A stretch of 64,000 nucleotides of DNA from Catajapyx aquilonaris (Eukaryota): NCBI GenBank assembly GCA_000934665.2, contig KZ538495.1, positions 1 through 64,000 of the forward strand, written 5' to 3'. The notes under the pieces were generated by a model. That model did not search any database. It worked only from the letters and a program-made list of their open reading frames with translations, and had not been told where the DNA came from. Within the stretch, counting starts at the first letter, position 1. Each line of letters begins with the position of its first letter. The position numbers and the translations under genes are program-made. Of this stretch, positions 39,001 through 52,021 are shown in pieces.

Positions 39001-42000
39001 CGCGCGTTTTTAATTTGCAAGCCCGATTCTTGAAAGCACACATGAGGTATTTGATTTGTATTCTTCTGGGAAATATAATAACGTACAATGTAACGTATAG
39101 GTGCAGCAAAATTACAACGTTGGTTGCTAATTTGCACGGCTGTAACTTGGATGGTCAGAGCTTCTGAATATACGTGTATGATTATAGTAGTTTTTCTTTG
39201 AAAGTGCTAAATTTTGAAATGCAATAAAACCTCGATTTATTGCTTTCTTTGGGATCCCTGGGGAAAACGATGAATATGGAAATGCAATAAATCAGGAGCC
39301 TATATGCAATGGAGAAAAAGTGTCACATATCGGTCGTAGCAAGAATGGGAAGCCAATTTTCGCATCCCCTTCTTTCTTGCCTTCTCATCCACCCTAATAT
39401 GCCTCGATTTCAGTAAAAATTAGTTCTCGCGAGCTTGTGAACATACAGACGAGTGCTATGTCGCACAGCTTAACAGCTAACTTTACACAGTCCAAACTGA
39501 TAATAGTTGCTACATCACGTTCCAAAAACATTAACCGCATTATTACAGTATCAATGCGTTTTAACATGTGTGTATAAAATAATGTGGTTTAGTTTTTTAT
39601 TTAAAACGTTCCATCATTGATTTACTATGTTCCAATAACTATGATAAATCCGACTAATAAATCTGAACGATACATTCGGGAAAACGAAACATCCGCAGAC
39701 AATAGGTCGCAGATTCACTATTAGTCATTTGGACTGATGAATTAGACTATAACTTATTGAAGAATTTTTTTTCCCCAACCTCTTCGCGGAGCACTTGGAG
39801 AAGCTCACAGTTTGGGAACCTCTGCACTGGAGGAAAGAAAAATAATACAAGAAAATTGATGGTGGTGTACCACCCCCCAACATGGCCCATGTAGGCCTAT
39901 CACGGGGTAAAACTTTTTTTTGTTAGGTAGTGTTGATGGTTCGAGGGCTTGCTCTCAGATGAGCATGTAGGCTAATTAACTAATTATTACAGCTTTAGCA
40001 TTACACAAGTGGATTTATACGTGGAAGACAGCAGCTAATCAGCGATGAATAAAAAATACAAATTATGTGGTAGAGGTACAGTACCTCTTGCAATTAGCAA
40101 ATTGTTTTACATAAGCTAATATGGCCTATTGAAAAGCTACCCATGCTTGAAAGCAAGAACAGAATCTGACATACCATGTAAGGTATTATATCTCTTTCTA
40201 CATGTTCATCATCCGAATAATTAATAATGTAGGCCTACTTAATACTGTAAATGGGAACTAGAACTTAGGCAGATGACGCCACAAATTAACCCAGAATCTC
40301 AGCCTCTCCTTCATACAGGAGTGCATTCAACATTGTTGGTCGGTGTTGTCTAGAGTGTGGAATTTGGCAGAATATTCGCCTGTATATTGCGCACAAAAGC
40401 TTCCATTTCCAATCCTCTTCATATAAGTACCAATACCCCCATGAAGTTGGACGTCAGGAAAGGGATTTTGAGATCAACGTCATGATGGATCGCACTCGAT
40501 ACATTTTGTGATAGTGTACTCTACAGTGATCTGTGAGAAACCAACAATAATGAAACCTAAAACTAAATATATTACATGTCGTAGGTACTGTAGCGCAAAA
40601 AATTTGGGCAAGCAAATGACATAACACATCATATTCAAATGCCAACTCTTAAGAATAATTACAGAATAATAAGCCGTGATGCGTAATTTCCGGTGAGGCA
40701 GCGATTCCCCCTCTGCACTGAAAATGGGCAATCGAATTTGGTTTTCATCAAGTAGACCTGATTGATGGGTGAAGTAGGGCTTCTTTGACAAGCAGGCTGA
40801 CATACTGACGCCGTCGCGTTTTGACATTCCACTCTCGTGTTTGAAAAGGGAAACGAATTAAACTGGCGGACCAGCATGCGGAGAAGAAGAAGAAGAAGAC
40901 TGGAAATGACTTCCAACGAGCATGCAAATTGATTGCATAACGCTACTATTTTCATTGGGAATTTCTTTTATGTCGCAAATAGGGTTAGAAAAGGGTGGGA
41001 AAAGGCTTCAATCTGATGAGGAACTCTAGACTATTGGGTTAGCAACATGTTGAGAACTGGAGTTGTTTGCTCGAAAAATATAGGTTTTGCCTATACTTTA
41101 GCCAGAAGCTAGTTATGAAGGAGGTTGTGATTTTTAAAGTATAAAATAACTTCCGAGCCTTATATTTTTCAGATGATATATGCCAATGGTTGTTTATTAA
41201 CGTAGCTGTTCACATTGCATGTCTAGTACTAATTAGGGTACTGTATGCTATTAAATTCCATGTATAGTTGAGAAACATTGAAAAACACTTGGAATGTGTT
41301 TCCATGGGTAATGCACAAAAGAACATGGTTGGAGGCAGAAAGTTGGTCGTAATTGCCTATTTTAATGAGGCCACTAAGGCATATAATTTTCCCTGCAGTA
41401 ATAATGAAGCATTGCCTCAGGCAATGCTGCTGTAGTAAACAACCACACTAATAGCATGAATATTTAGAGTTCCCTATCCAGCCATTAATACCTATTTTTC
41501 AGTATACTAATTTTTGTTCACAATATGTGATTCCACAAAAAATTAATTTCCCTCCTCGAAATCTGTACTATTCGTGTAAATAATTACAGAAAATGCTATT
41601 AGTGCATGCTCATAGTAGTCGTTTGATGGACTAAATCGGTATTGGCGGCTGAGTAGAGACCAGACTATGGGCTAAGTACTGTAGAAAGTGAGATGAAAGC
41701 GGTGCTAATTACCTTCACAGGTGTGTAATAACATGGTCCAAACAGGCAAAGACAGGCAAGTAGCACATAATGGGATCACTTGAATGCAGAGTAAAGAGCC
41801 GGTGATGGTGTGGTCGAAAACCCAACCAACCAACTGGTGGGTCTTCCGCTTCCGAGAGGAGCAAAATTCCCCGCCGGCTTGCTCGGCACTTGCGCTCTCA
41901 AATCCTTCCATCTATACTATAGGAGACAACCCACCTCCCATTTCCCCCCACCCCCACCCCCACCATCAAACCCTTCCCCTTCCTCCCCCTAGGATCGCAT

Positions 42001-45000
42001 TTGCACCCACCCTGCTGCGACATATTTCGCTCCAATATCGGGTGTCACAAGAAATGAATCGTCTAGTATCGATGAATATAGTGTTCTTATATAGGTGTCA
42101 TATATGACCATAGATTGGCATAATTATTCATTTTGAATTCAAGCAATAATGTCCTCAACAACAATTCAATTCGTCAATTTGTAAGTCCAAATTGAATTGT
42201 GCCAATCACTCTCATTACTTAAAAAAATAATGAGGGACATGTTTGGCCGAAACGGGCAAATATTGATAGACAGACCGACAGCAGATACATATATGGATTT
42301 TTTTAAATGCGAAAAGGTGCAATTGTGTAGTGCTGTGGAATGTGAGAGTTGGGATGCATGAACCATATATTATGATCCAGCCAGGCGAATGGGGTATCAT
42401 TGTGGTGAGCCCAAGTGGTGTGGATGGCATGCTTTTCATTTGAAACCAATGCAATGCCGCGGGAAGTAATGGTGTCGGAAAATTGGATTGATGAATGCGG
42501 TTCGTTAACGGGATTGGCCCTGTTATTCAAGGACAAATTTTCGTGATTAGTCTTATTCATGCTGACTATAGTGATCAGGATAATTTCGTGTTGATGTGCT
42601 GTGAACTCTGCCACAGCTTATATTAATGTGACCAATTAATTAGTTATTGGTAAACTTTTTAATTGGTATAAAAATTGATGTGGCTGATGACCTACATGCG
42701 TGTAGTTCTTTTCATGTTAACCGCACATAATAACTGAAACCATATTGCCATATAATTTAATAATAATCCAACATGTGGAAATGGGTTAGGACTAACCACT
42801 ACTGATGGGATAACTAAATGAGGGATCCCACAGGAGTCATATAACTGTTATCACAATATTTTCTACTGAAAAATGTGCATAACATGAAGCATTTACTAAT
42901 ATTAAATTCAGTGTTGCATGTTGGGTGAGTCGCGATATATATGGTCCTTATACAATATACACTGTGTTGTGCTGTACCTACCTAAGGGGATTTAAACTCA
43001 AGCTGCTGCTCTCCTCTTTCTTCTTAGACGAATGTGGTTTTCTGTAATATTTTAAAACGCCATGAGATCATTTTTTTGATAATAGAAATTGATAATACAT
43101 CTGCCCCAGGGAAGTTCCTCCAGATGAAGGTCTATTTACATATTGGTAGCAGGTAGTGTACAGTATACCGAGCTCAGGTTATCCAAAGCCTTATCGGTTT
43201 TGACGTTCATGTGTCAGGTGAAACATGATGATACCGAACGCAAAGCAGGTTGACTTGGTTACATCTATGCAGGAAGTCAGTGTAATTCCCTCTGGGCAAG
43301 TTGGTCGTCGCTTGCCTATTCTAAGACCAAAATGCTCTACGTTTTTGGCTGAGAGGCGTCATTACGGCGTGCAGCCACATTTTGGAGGCATCTCTGCGTG
43401 AGCGATAAGAAAGACCGTCCCGTTGGACCACCCTGCAACTGCCCCTGATAGTCCAGCTGTCTAACCATCAGGATATCCATTATCATTCCCATGGGCCTAC
43501 CATCACAACCTCCACAGCACGCCGCATTACGATGCCTCCCAGTCAAAAGACGATGTAGAAACTTTTCGTCGTGGGTTAGGTCAAGGAATCGTTCTACCCG
43601 CACAATATGGGTTGGTCACTCTTTGATGCGTAGTACAGCCCTACACGATTATGCACTTGAGCTTTCCGGATTTCAATTGGCATGATTGCAACTGTAACGA
43701 TTCAAGACCTGAAACGGATTCGAAATAAACAAGCGTCCGCCTACAAAGCACTGCTCGGCACCCACCTGCAACTCGTCTTTTCAACAGCGAATCGATTACA
43801 GGAAGCCCTTGTTCCCAATCAGTCAGTTGTATAGCCTACCCCACACACGTCGCTGATGGGATCATCAGTTTAACTCTCAAGTTAGAAAAGTTTGCGCCTT
43901 CAAATAGGAAACAGATTAGCCTCGATGGAATTAGTCGCTATACCTCCGAGAAAGATTCAAAGTGTTTCACTTTTAATTTTGCCAAATTCAACAGGCGACC
44001 CATATGTGTGGTGTAATACATTGTATCAAGTGTAATTACTATAATTATATCAGTTGTAAATTACTGGAGTTCAAAGGTTTTGTCTTTTGTAACGCACTCT
44101 GGAATTTTCTTACTTTGTAGTAAAGGTTCCTCGCAAGGCACTTTAAACTTTTGCAATATCTGACAGGAAACTAAATTTTACCTAATTAGCATCACCTCTT
44201 TAGAAGCCATCACCTGAAAATGCTATTCATTATCTAAAGCTGAACTAACAGTAAAAGTATTGACGGCGTAAAATGTTAAAAGTCCCTCAGTGGGTTACAG
44301 CCAGGGTAATTTCACATCAAATGCAAATTGCTGTCACTGCACCGGACTTAAGCCTGTCCAGTATCATTGGAGGAAAATCCCAGAGCCATTGATTTTTGTA
44401 AAATCTCATTGGCTCTGGGATTTGGGATTTTTCTCGTTCCTTTTCCAGCCGCTCCTCTCCCCTATAATAAACTTTTGTGATGGACTCTTTGTAGGATTCC
44501 ACAAGGTTTGTGGTTCGTGTTCACTTCCCAAGTGTATAACGCGTCTGTCCACACTGGACTCTGTTCAAATGTTAGCTCTGTAGTATCCAGGACTGCTTGG
44601 TTTTCCATCGGAAAAGGGGGATTTTCCTCCAAGTGCGCACTTTACTCTGGAAATACAGTAAAGTCGATAAATGCAAGCTCCCTGCACCACAACAGCCAGG
44701 TCTTTGATATATCCAGTCAGTTTGTACAGCTTAGTGAAATTGTTCAAATATTGACCACCGCACAGGGATAAAACTGGACTGTTTTGTGCTTAGAAAATCC
44801 CTGGAAAATCCATTATGTACAGGTTTCAGTTAAAAACTAGTAACTTAATTATAATATTAATCACATTTTTCATTTGCCCTAAATACCTCATCTTTAGGAT
44901 ATTTCACCACCGTACAGGATTTCACCCCAGTACTTTCCCCGAACTGTCTTTGAGTCGTGCCATCTTATCGATCAGCTTCTCTACCTTTTTTTTCCTGCTT

Positions 45001-46749
45001 TCGGAATGCAATTTGCATTTATCACCTAGAATCCGGTCTCGTGAGGATGTGAAGATCTACTGCTGTAATGGACGTAATTACTTGGCCAAGAAGAGGGCAG
45101 CCGTGTATATATCAGCAAGTTCTAAAATTTCTCCCCAACGCAACACAATAGACGATGACTGCAACTTTTCCTATAACATCAATCACTTCGATTGTTGTGC
45201 ATCGTGCCTGTCCATAATTCAACAATGCGCGTCCTGCAGTAACTACAAATTCTTGGCGTGCATTCCGTTCTTTGTAAGCCGGGTATAAAAGCAGGCGATG
45301 TGTCAGGAGACTTGTGAATTGAGGCCACGTTTTCACAGAGACGGTACATTACGTGACTGCATAATCCGAGGCGCGAAAAAAAAAAGAAAATCATCTTGTG
45401 GCAATATGCATAATTTATATGACGCCTCTCATTAATGCTGATAAATCCGCTAAATTCTGGATGTAATGTCCTCTCCTCATAAGTGCTGTGATCTAGGGAT
45501 TACTGGGATCATGAATGGAATTAGTGGGGGTGCCGCGCACCGAGTGTTTTTAGTCACATGGATCGTGGGAATACACAGACTTGGAGTTTTAGGAGAGAAG
45601 ATTGTAATGATGTAGTCATAAGTTGTTTTAATAGCTTTCCTTTATTACTCTAGACTAGAGTCTATAGACATAGCACAAATAGATGTATGGCGTAATGGGT
45701 TTTTAAGTTGTACAATTTTTTGGTTACTACAGCAATATTGTATTCCTTCCAATGTTTTCAGATGTTTGATTGGCCCCAATGATTACATTCTGTATAGGAC
45801 AAATTAATTAATTAATGTTGCTTATTATGACAACATACTGTTCAGGGCTATGTGTGGTACAGCTTGTGTTTAAAAATCAATAACAATTTAAGGACTCTGC
45901 CAATATTGCTTGTTTTAAAGGGAAAAAGCGTCAGCAACACAGGTTTTTTTTGCAGTTTGGCTAACACTAGCTATAAAAGTCGTAATTATAGCAATAGAGC
46001 TAGTTAATTGCGCTGGTGGCACGTAATGGTATCATAACTCGGCTTGGAGCTTTGTGTACCTAAGTGCAATGTATCCAATAAATACTCTTCGGGTTTGAAC
46101 TCGGCACGTGATGTATCAAGGTTCGTGACCCATATGTGACTCATTTTCGAAGTTATTTATTGCTGAAAGAAAATGATCATAATGCAGACTCAAATTGTCA
46201 GCTGCCATTCTGTCACTCTCTACTCATAAGATTTTCATCTTGTGTCATAATTATGGGGGCAAGTTCATCAGGTTTACGTGGGTGTGGTCTCGGTGCTACA
46301 CTTTGCTCTGGCATGCAATGTTACGGATTTATTAAGCTAGCCAACAACGTGACACTGTACGAGTTAAGATCTCAAGGGCAAGGTCCTCTTTCTGTCCTTT
46401 AGCCGGAGTGAAATTAGTTGTGATCCTGCTGCTGTCACGAACTGTCACATATTCAACCAAATATGAGCCTGTATACAATCATAATGACAATTCAACACTC
46501 AAGTAAAGGTAGAAGCTGATTATGTAATAGGTAATGAGCGTTGCGTTTGTCTATGTGTTGTCATGGAATGAAACCATAATGGTTGCTTACTGCGAGACAA
46601 CGAAATGACATTTTCATATGTACCAAGGCTACAGGTGCACACAATCTGTGGGTGTGGTGAAATAGTTTGACTGACGAGTAGTATGACTTGGTATCTGAAA
46701 ATCTTTCAGGAGTATGCCACGAGCCCTGGAAACAACAGGTGCCATTATA

Positions 46750-47173
46750 CAGGGTGTATCTGAACTCAGGGCCCCGACATATATGACTGCCTTCCTAGCC
46801 ACCAGAGGATCGATTTAAGTATAGGAGTCATATGTCTGGGCAGCCTCATTACTGAGATACACTCTGTAGCGATTTTTGCCTAATCGCTCCTTCTGACTTT
46901 TAAATAGAATTTTCTGGTGTAACTAGCCAAAGAGGCCTTACCACATGTGGGCAACAAACCAACAAAGTCCCGCCCCCAGACCTTCCAGAGCCTTCTGACT
47001 GGGGGAGGGTTCGATGGGTGGCCTAACCGACAGGATATTTTGTACTACATGTTTGGGGCCAATTATCTCCGTAATGCGGCGGCCAAACATAATGACTCCT
47101 ATACTTAAATCGATCCTCTGGTGGCTAGGAAGGCAGTCATATACGTCGGGGCACTGAGTTCAGATACACCCTG
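46750..47173. mobile_element. Tc1/mariner-like MITE with TIRs of about 110 bp and TA flanks
   Basis: Ends are TA-cagggtgtatctgaactcag and ctgagttcagatacaccctg-TA. The arms pair out to about 46859 and 47064. Confidence 0.88.
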
Positions 47174-47480
47174 TATAGAAAGCCCCTTTTGATGTGGAAG
47201 CAGTATAGTAACCTTAAGCATGTTAAAATTGTTAATGCCCAAACTTCATGTGTAAGCCTCTTGTCTGCAGCCTCAGACGATAATACAAAGCTTTATATAC
47301 CAATACAAAGCTGTGTACTGTACCAAGAATTGACAAGCAATACAGTGTGTAGGCGTTCTAGAGCCGTCGCGAATTACGCAAGAGCGGGATTTGTGTTTTC
47401 CAGGAAGTTTCGTGGGGAAATAATTCAAGTTAACGTGCCATATACCTGCTTGCACTGTGCACTGTATGATACATGTAACT

Positions 47481-47731
47481 TCAAACAGCAGCCACGCAAT
47501 TCACAGAATTTTATCCCAAATAAATATGTATATCTCTAAAATCCAAATTAGCTGCTATGTACATCAAACAGTAGCCACTTAATTCACAGAATTTTATCCC
47601 AAATAAATATGTATCTCTAAAATTCAAATTGCCTGCTCTGCACCTCAAACAGCAGCCACTTAATTAATTCACAGAATTTTATCCTAAATCAATATGTATA
47701 TCTAAAATCCAAATTATTAGCTGCTCTGTAC
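47481..47731. repeat. Minisatellite, 3 units of about 81-87 bp
   Basis: Units start at 47481, 47564 and 47645 (tcaaacag.agccac...aattcacagaattttatcc...gctgct.tg.ac). Confidence 0.9.
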
Positions 47732-50700
47732 CGCAATAAAGCTGTCAGATAATAATCACCGTGTCGTATTCAAAAGTAGAGCACACCAGCAGGTCTCCAC
47801 GTCCTGACCAGCGTGACCTCTCTTTCCACCTATCACTCGACTCTTCAAAGGTCACCAAATTGATTCAGCTCTGACAAAGTTTGCCACACAACTTCTGCAT
47901 GCGGGTGGACTAGGCGGATCAGAGGAAAGCACGGTTTTCTACTAGGCCCTATCCCTTTGTCCCCATCTATATTGAAACCGAACCAAATTAATTTACGAGT
48001 GACTCGGGGGCTAATGAGCATAGATCGGGTCACGCTCATGGAATGAACCGGAAAAATCAGTTGTAAAGAAATAAAATAGCTGCCATATTATATTATGACA
48101 AAGTTGTTTTGGGTCATGAACGCATTTTTCGGCTCAACTTGTGAATTGGATTCGCCCCATTTCCCACCAGTCAACCGTGCAATACCTGTAATTTATTGCC
48201 AAGGTGAAGGCTACGAGACTCGTGTATGATTAATAATGCCATTATGTTGAAAACAATAAATCATAAATTGTTTATATAGGTGTTAAGTAATTGAGCGAAA
48301 ATCTGAAGTGCAAGCTTTGCACCTGTAAGATATCAGGTAGGCATATCCAATGACTTCTTACATATTGATGATGAATTATTATCAAGACAATATCAGGTTG
48401 TTGGTATATGTACTGTAATTACGTATATGCAGTACTCTGTGGTGTTCCAGGAAAGCATTACGATTAACAAATAACTGTCCTGATGGACAACTAAGAATTT
48501 CGCATTTTAGCAAGTCAAAAAACCTGTTACTCATGTGTATATAGATCCAATACTGCTTTCTCCTTTCAACAGCCAACTTGACATGAAGATTAGTTAGGTC
48601 CTGTTGATGAAGCCCGCATGATGACCTTTAGCTACCATCAAGAAGGATTTGCTCTAATGCGAAGAGATAAATCCATAATGGGGATTCGGAAGGGAAAAGA
48701 ATATCTTGTTCAAGGTCCATCACTTCCACTTACTGCACCAGAAAATCCTGAAACAAAGAGGCGCCTCCTTTTTCCATGCATATCTACCCTATATCATTCG
48801 CACACACACACTCAAAGTCGAGTCCTCACCATCCTTCAGAAAATTCGGAAAGCTTGAAGCAAATGAAACAAATGGTCCGCATTATATTAATATGCAATTG
48901 CTACAGGTTGTATCAAATGCAAATTCCATATTTTATGCAAAATGCCGGCTGTGGAAGCCTGGATTTGCATATGCATTGGAGGATATACTTTGCAGGCGTG
49001 TAACTTGCGGCGGTGAAAATGGAGTTTCTGATATCTGGTAATGGACGAAATTTCTCTCGCTTTCTCTTTCAATGGCGAACCTGTTGAGTATCACATTTCC
49101 GAAATGGAACTTTATCCTGTACAAAAGCCAGCGAACGTTTCAATAAACAGGACTGTGCTTTATCCTAGAGGCTGTTTCTTATTCACTTTTATGGCTTTCT
49201 CATTATGCCTATAGGTCGTATACACATTGATACAACGCAGATGAGATGATATTGCCCTCGGTCGTGTCAGTTACTAAAGGCGATCGATTTTATTACAAAA
49301 ATATTAATTATTAGCCTACAAGCATAGAGTGTAATCCCTCCCCCGAATTGTGCAAGTATCAACAATGCCGTCTTATCATATATCCCATTAGAAGCATAAA
49401 ACCTGCATGCAACGTAAGTTGATCTGTCATTTACTGACCTCATTATTCGTTAATCCACACCTGTAATGCAAACTGTAACCTTGCACCGAAACTACCTGAC
49501 GGCCTCTTAACGTTGCGACATCTCTAACCATTAGCTTCAATATCTCAACTGATAAGGCACTCAGAAACTGAACCCAAAGTATCTGTTCCTGCCATTTTAT
49601 TCGACATGTACCATAGACCATTAAAAGAAACGAAGGAACAACTTGATTAACATTTCCATCAGTTATGTTGAGTATCTCACTTTATTTACTGCCACAGCAC
49701 AGGCATTTTAGATGTATCCAAGTTTAACCTACCGTATTTTCTCTTAGATTTAATGAAGTGTCCTATGACACACTGTACGTGGTTCATACGTTTAACACAC
49801 TCTCGCGGTTATATATGAGTGGGTAGAGAACTCTTCGTCAGTGACGACCTTTGGAAAGTTGCAGCTACGATATAGTCTAAACTGCAAGTCCTGTACAGTA
49901 TATTTCCACACGTGCAGACTTGACCTACGCGGATCTCGTGGCGCCGTCTCCGAGAAATCTTATTTGGGCTAGTCTAGTCGAGAATAGACAATGCGATGGT
50001 CCTGTGTACTTTCTAGCGAGGAGCGAGGAGCCGTTTCGTGCTGAGTCTTTACACAGGACAGAAGACCCGTGCATGTAACTGACAGGGAAACAGACAATGG
50101 ACATTCTCGACACTAACGAGGAAGTTCGTTGCGGAACTAATCTTCCCAGACTTGGAGCGGACAGGGAATTATTATACTGTAGAAGTGTCCCAATTCACCT
50201 GGAAGTGACTGAGTCTTTCAACGAGGCACGCTTCGGATAGAGAAACACGTGCTGAATGACCGACGTCTACAGTGCCTAATGGTATCTAATGTCATAATTA
50301 TAGTCACTAATCTTTTGAAACCGTGTGTAACTTTAGTCACTTATTATATACCAACCGATATATTTTGTTCATAATGTAAAACTAATGCATTAACAGGCTC
50401 AAGTGGCACTGATTTTTGAAATTGTGGAAATTTTTTTGAAAGGGCCTACTGTAAAAAATGCAGGCGAGCACGCAATATGTTTTATTAGCCAGAACAGCAG
50501 TCTTGTATTCAGTATTTTTATGAATTAATGCTCAGTACACTGCTCATATACACATATTAGATGACAGGCCATACATACAGGCATGTTTCAGCTCAATAAA
50601 GTTGTTGCCATGCTCTAATACGGGGGAGATACTTTCGTGTAAAGAGACTAAAGTAGGTGATGGTCCTGTGCCCTCGTACGATACGGAATTTGTCAAATAA

Positions 50701-51963
50701 ACTGGGTCAAGGGGCATGAGAGGGCGGGGTGGGATAGAGGGTAAATATGAGATGGAATGGTAATAGGAGTGGCTTTTTCACCCAACACCTGACGTAATTC
50801 ACGAAGTCTCAGTCCTTATCTAGCTTCCATGCCAAACCAGAAAATGAAAGGCGGAGAGGTGTGAGGTGGAAGGGTAGGGGTGGGGATGGAAATATTATAT
50901 AGGCTTCCGTTTATTGAAATAGAGCCAGTTGTGTGGTGAGTAGTTACTTGAAAGGAAGTACTCAGCACAAGGAGACTTTGCAACTGATAAAATGAAGGTT
51001 GGTTTCTAAAATCATTTCAGTTATTAATCAAAACTTTTCTCATATAAGGCTTTGGTTTAATAATTCTCAAATTCATCTCAAATTCATACAGGCCTACGTC
51101 TAGCAAACTTTGAGTAGGAGATACTAGTAGGAATGGGTATTAGTTCTGTCTCTATACACTCTCTTATGATACGATTTTAGAGTGTAAAGGTTTTAATGAG
51201 TATTTGCTAATTGCTTTTGAATTCTGGAATTGCATTTATACTTAGGAATAACTATTTAACGAATTTGCAAGATATGCCATATTTTTCCTATACAGAACTT
51301 ATTTCCTTTCTGAAAGGTTCTAAAGCATGGCTTCTGCTATAGTCCGCATTGGCTCAATAATTTGTCCAGCAATAAGACTGGAATGCAATATACATACGCT
51401 GCCACCTGCATTAATGGTCCTTTGCAGAAGGCACGTGGGGGAGAATAAAACATTAAAGGCCAAACATGTCAAAGTGACGTATAAATACTTCATTTATACT
51501 CAAGTGCAGAATATATGCATATTAGGCCTACGTGCTTTGTACTATTCATGAATGAGCCATTCTTTAATACAGTGAAAATATGACTGTGTTCTGTTGACTT
51601 CTTGGAGGAGAAAAGTCGGCACAGGCTCTATGGCGTTCTCTTATGCCCCAATGCGCAGATATTGCCTTTCGATAGTACGGATGTATATCACCGTAAGAGC
51701 GTCCTTTTTCTTTCTGATTCCCATCGCCCAGAATAATTGACACGGGTTCGGATCCGGAATAGTGATTAAATGTGCGCCTCTTGATGAAGTATAGGCTTTT
51801 ACGCGAAAAGAAACACAGGATTGCTGGGACCTAATGTACTCGTTCTTTCAGCATAATTAATATGGGAATGAAAAGTAATGCATCATCATAATATACAACC
51901 CAGGTATCTGTTGACTTGTGTAATAGCCTTACTAAGGATACTGCACACTGTAAGAGTGTACGG

Positions 51964-51971
51964 TATATAAA
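51964..51971 (+). promoter_or_regulatory. Candidate TATA box of the cuticle protein gene
   Basis: TATATAAA about 58 bp upstream of the ATG at 52022. Confidence 0.45.
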
Positions 51972-52021
51972 TTACATATCCCTATATACTGGGGTATTTC
52001 AGAGGAATAGCCTACTCAAGC

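Noticed and set aside
39770..39824. hAT/Charlie-like end gtttgggaacctctg (similar near 949..961)
   Set aside because: No intact partner TIR or 8-bp TSD could be verified.
14374..43072. Partial matches to miRNA 5' ends (miR-34-like near 14375, miR-87-like near 35177, bantam-like near 43063)
   Set aside because: Only 10-11 nt match, the rest diverges, and no precursor hairpin is evident.
43337..43603. ORF with FLHRLLTG, reminiscent of the mariner FLxRIVTGDE motif
   Set aside because: The catalytic DE is missing and I saw no further transposase motifs or TIRs nearby.
46010..46130. Degenerate A-box/B-box-like motifs (possible old SINE or Pol III gene)
   Set aside because: Spacing and sequence are too degenerate, and no body, tail or TSD is visible.
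47481..47731. CRISPR-like array
   Set aside because: The units are contiguous with no unique spacers, the context is eukaryotic, and there are no cas genes.
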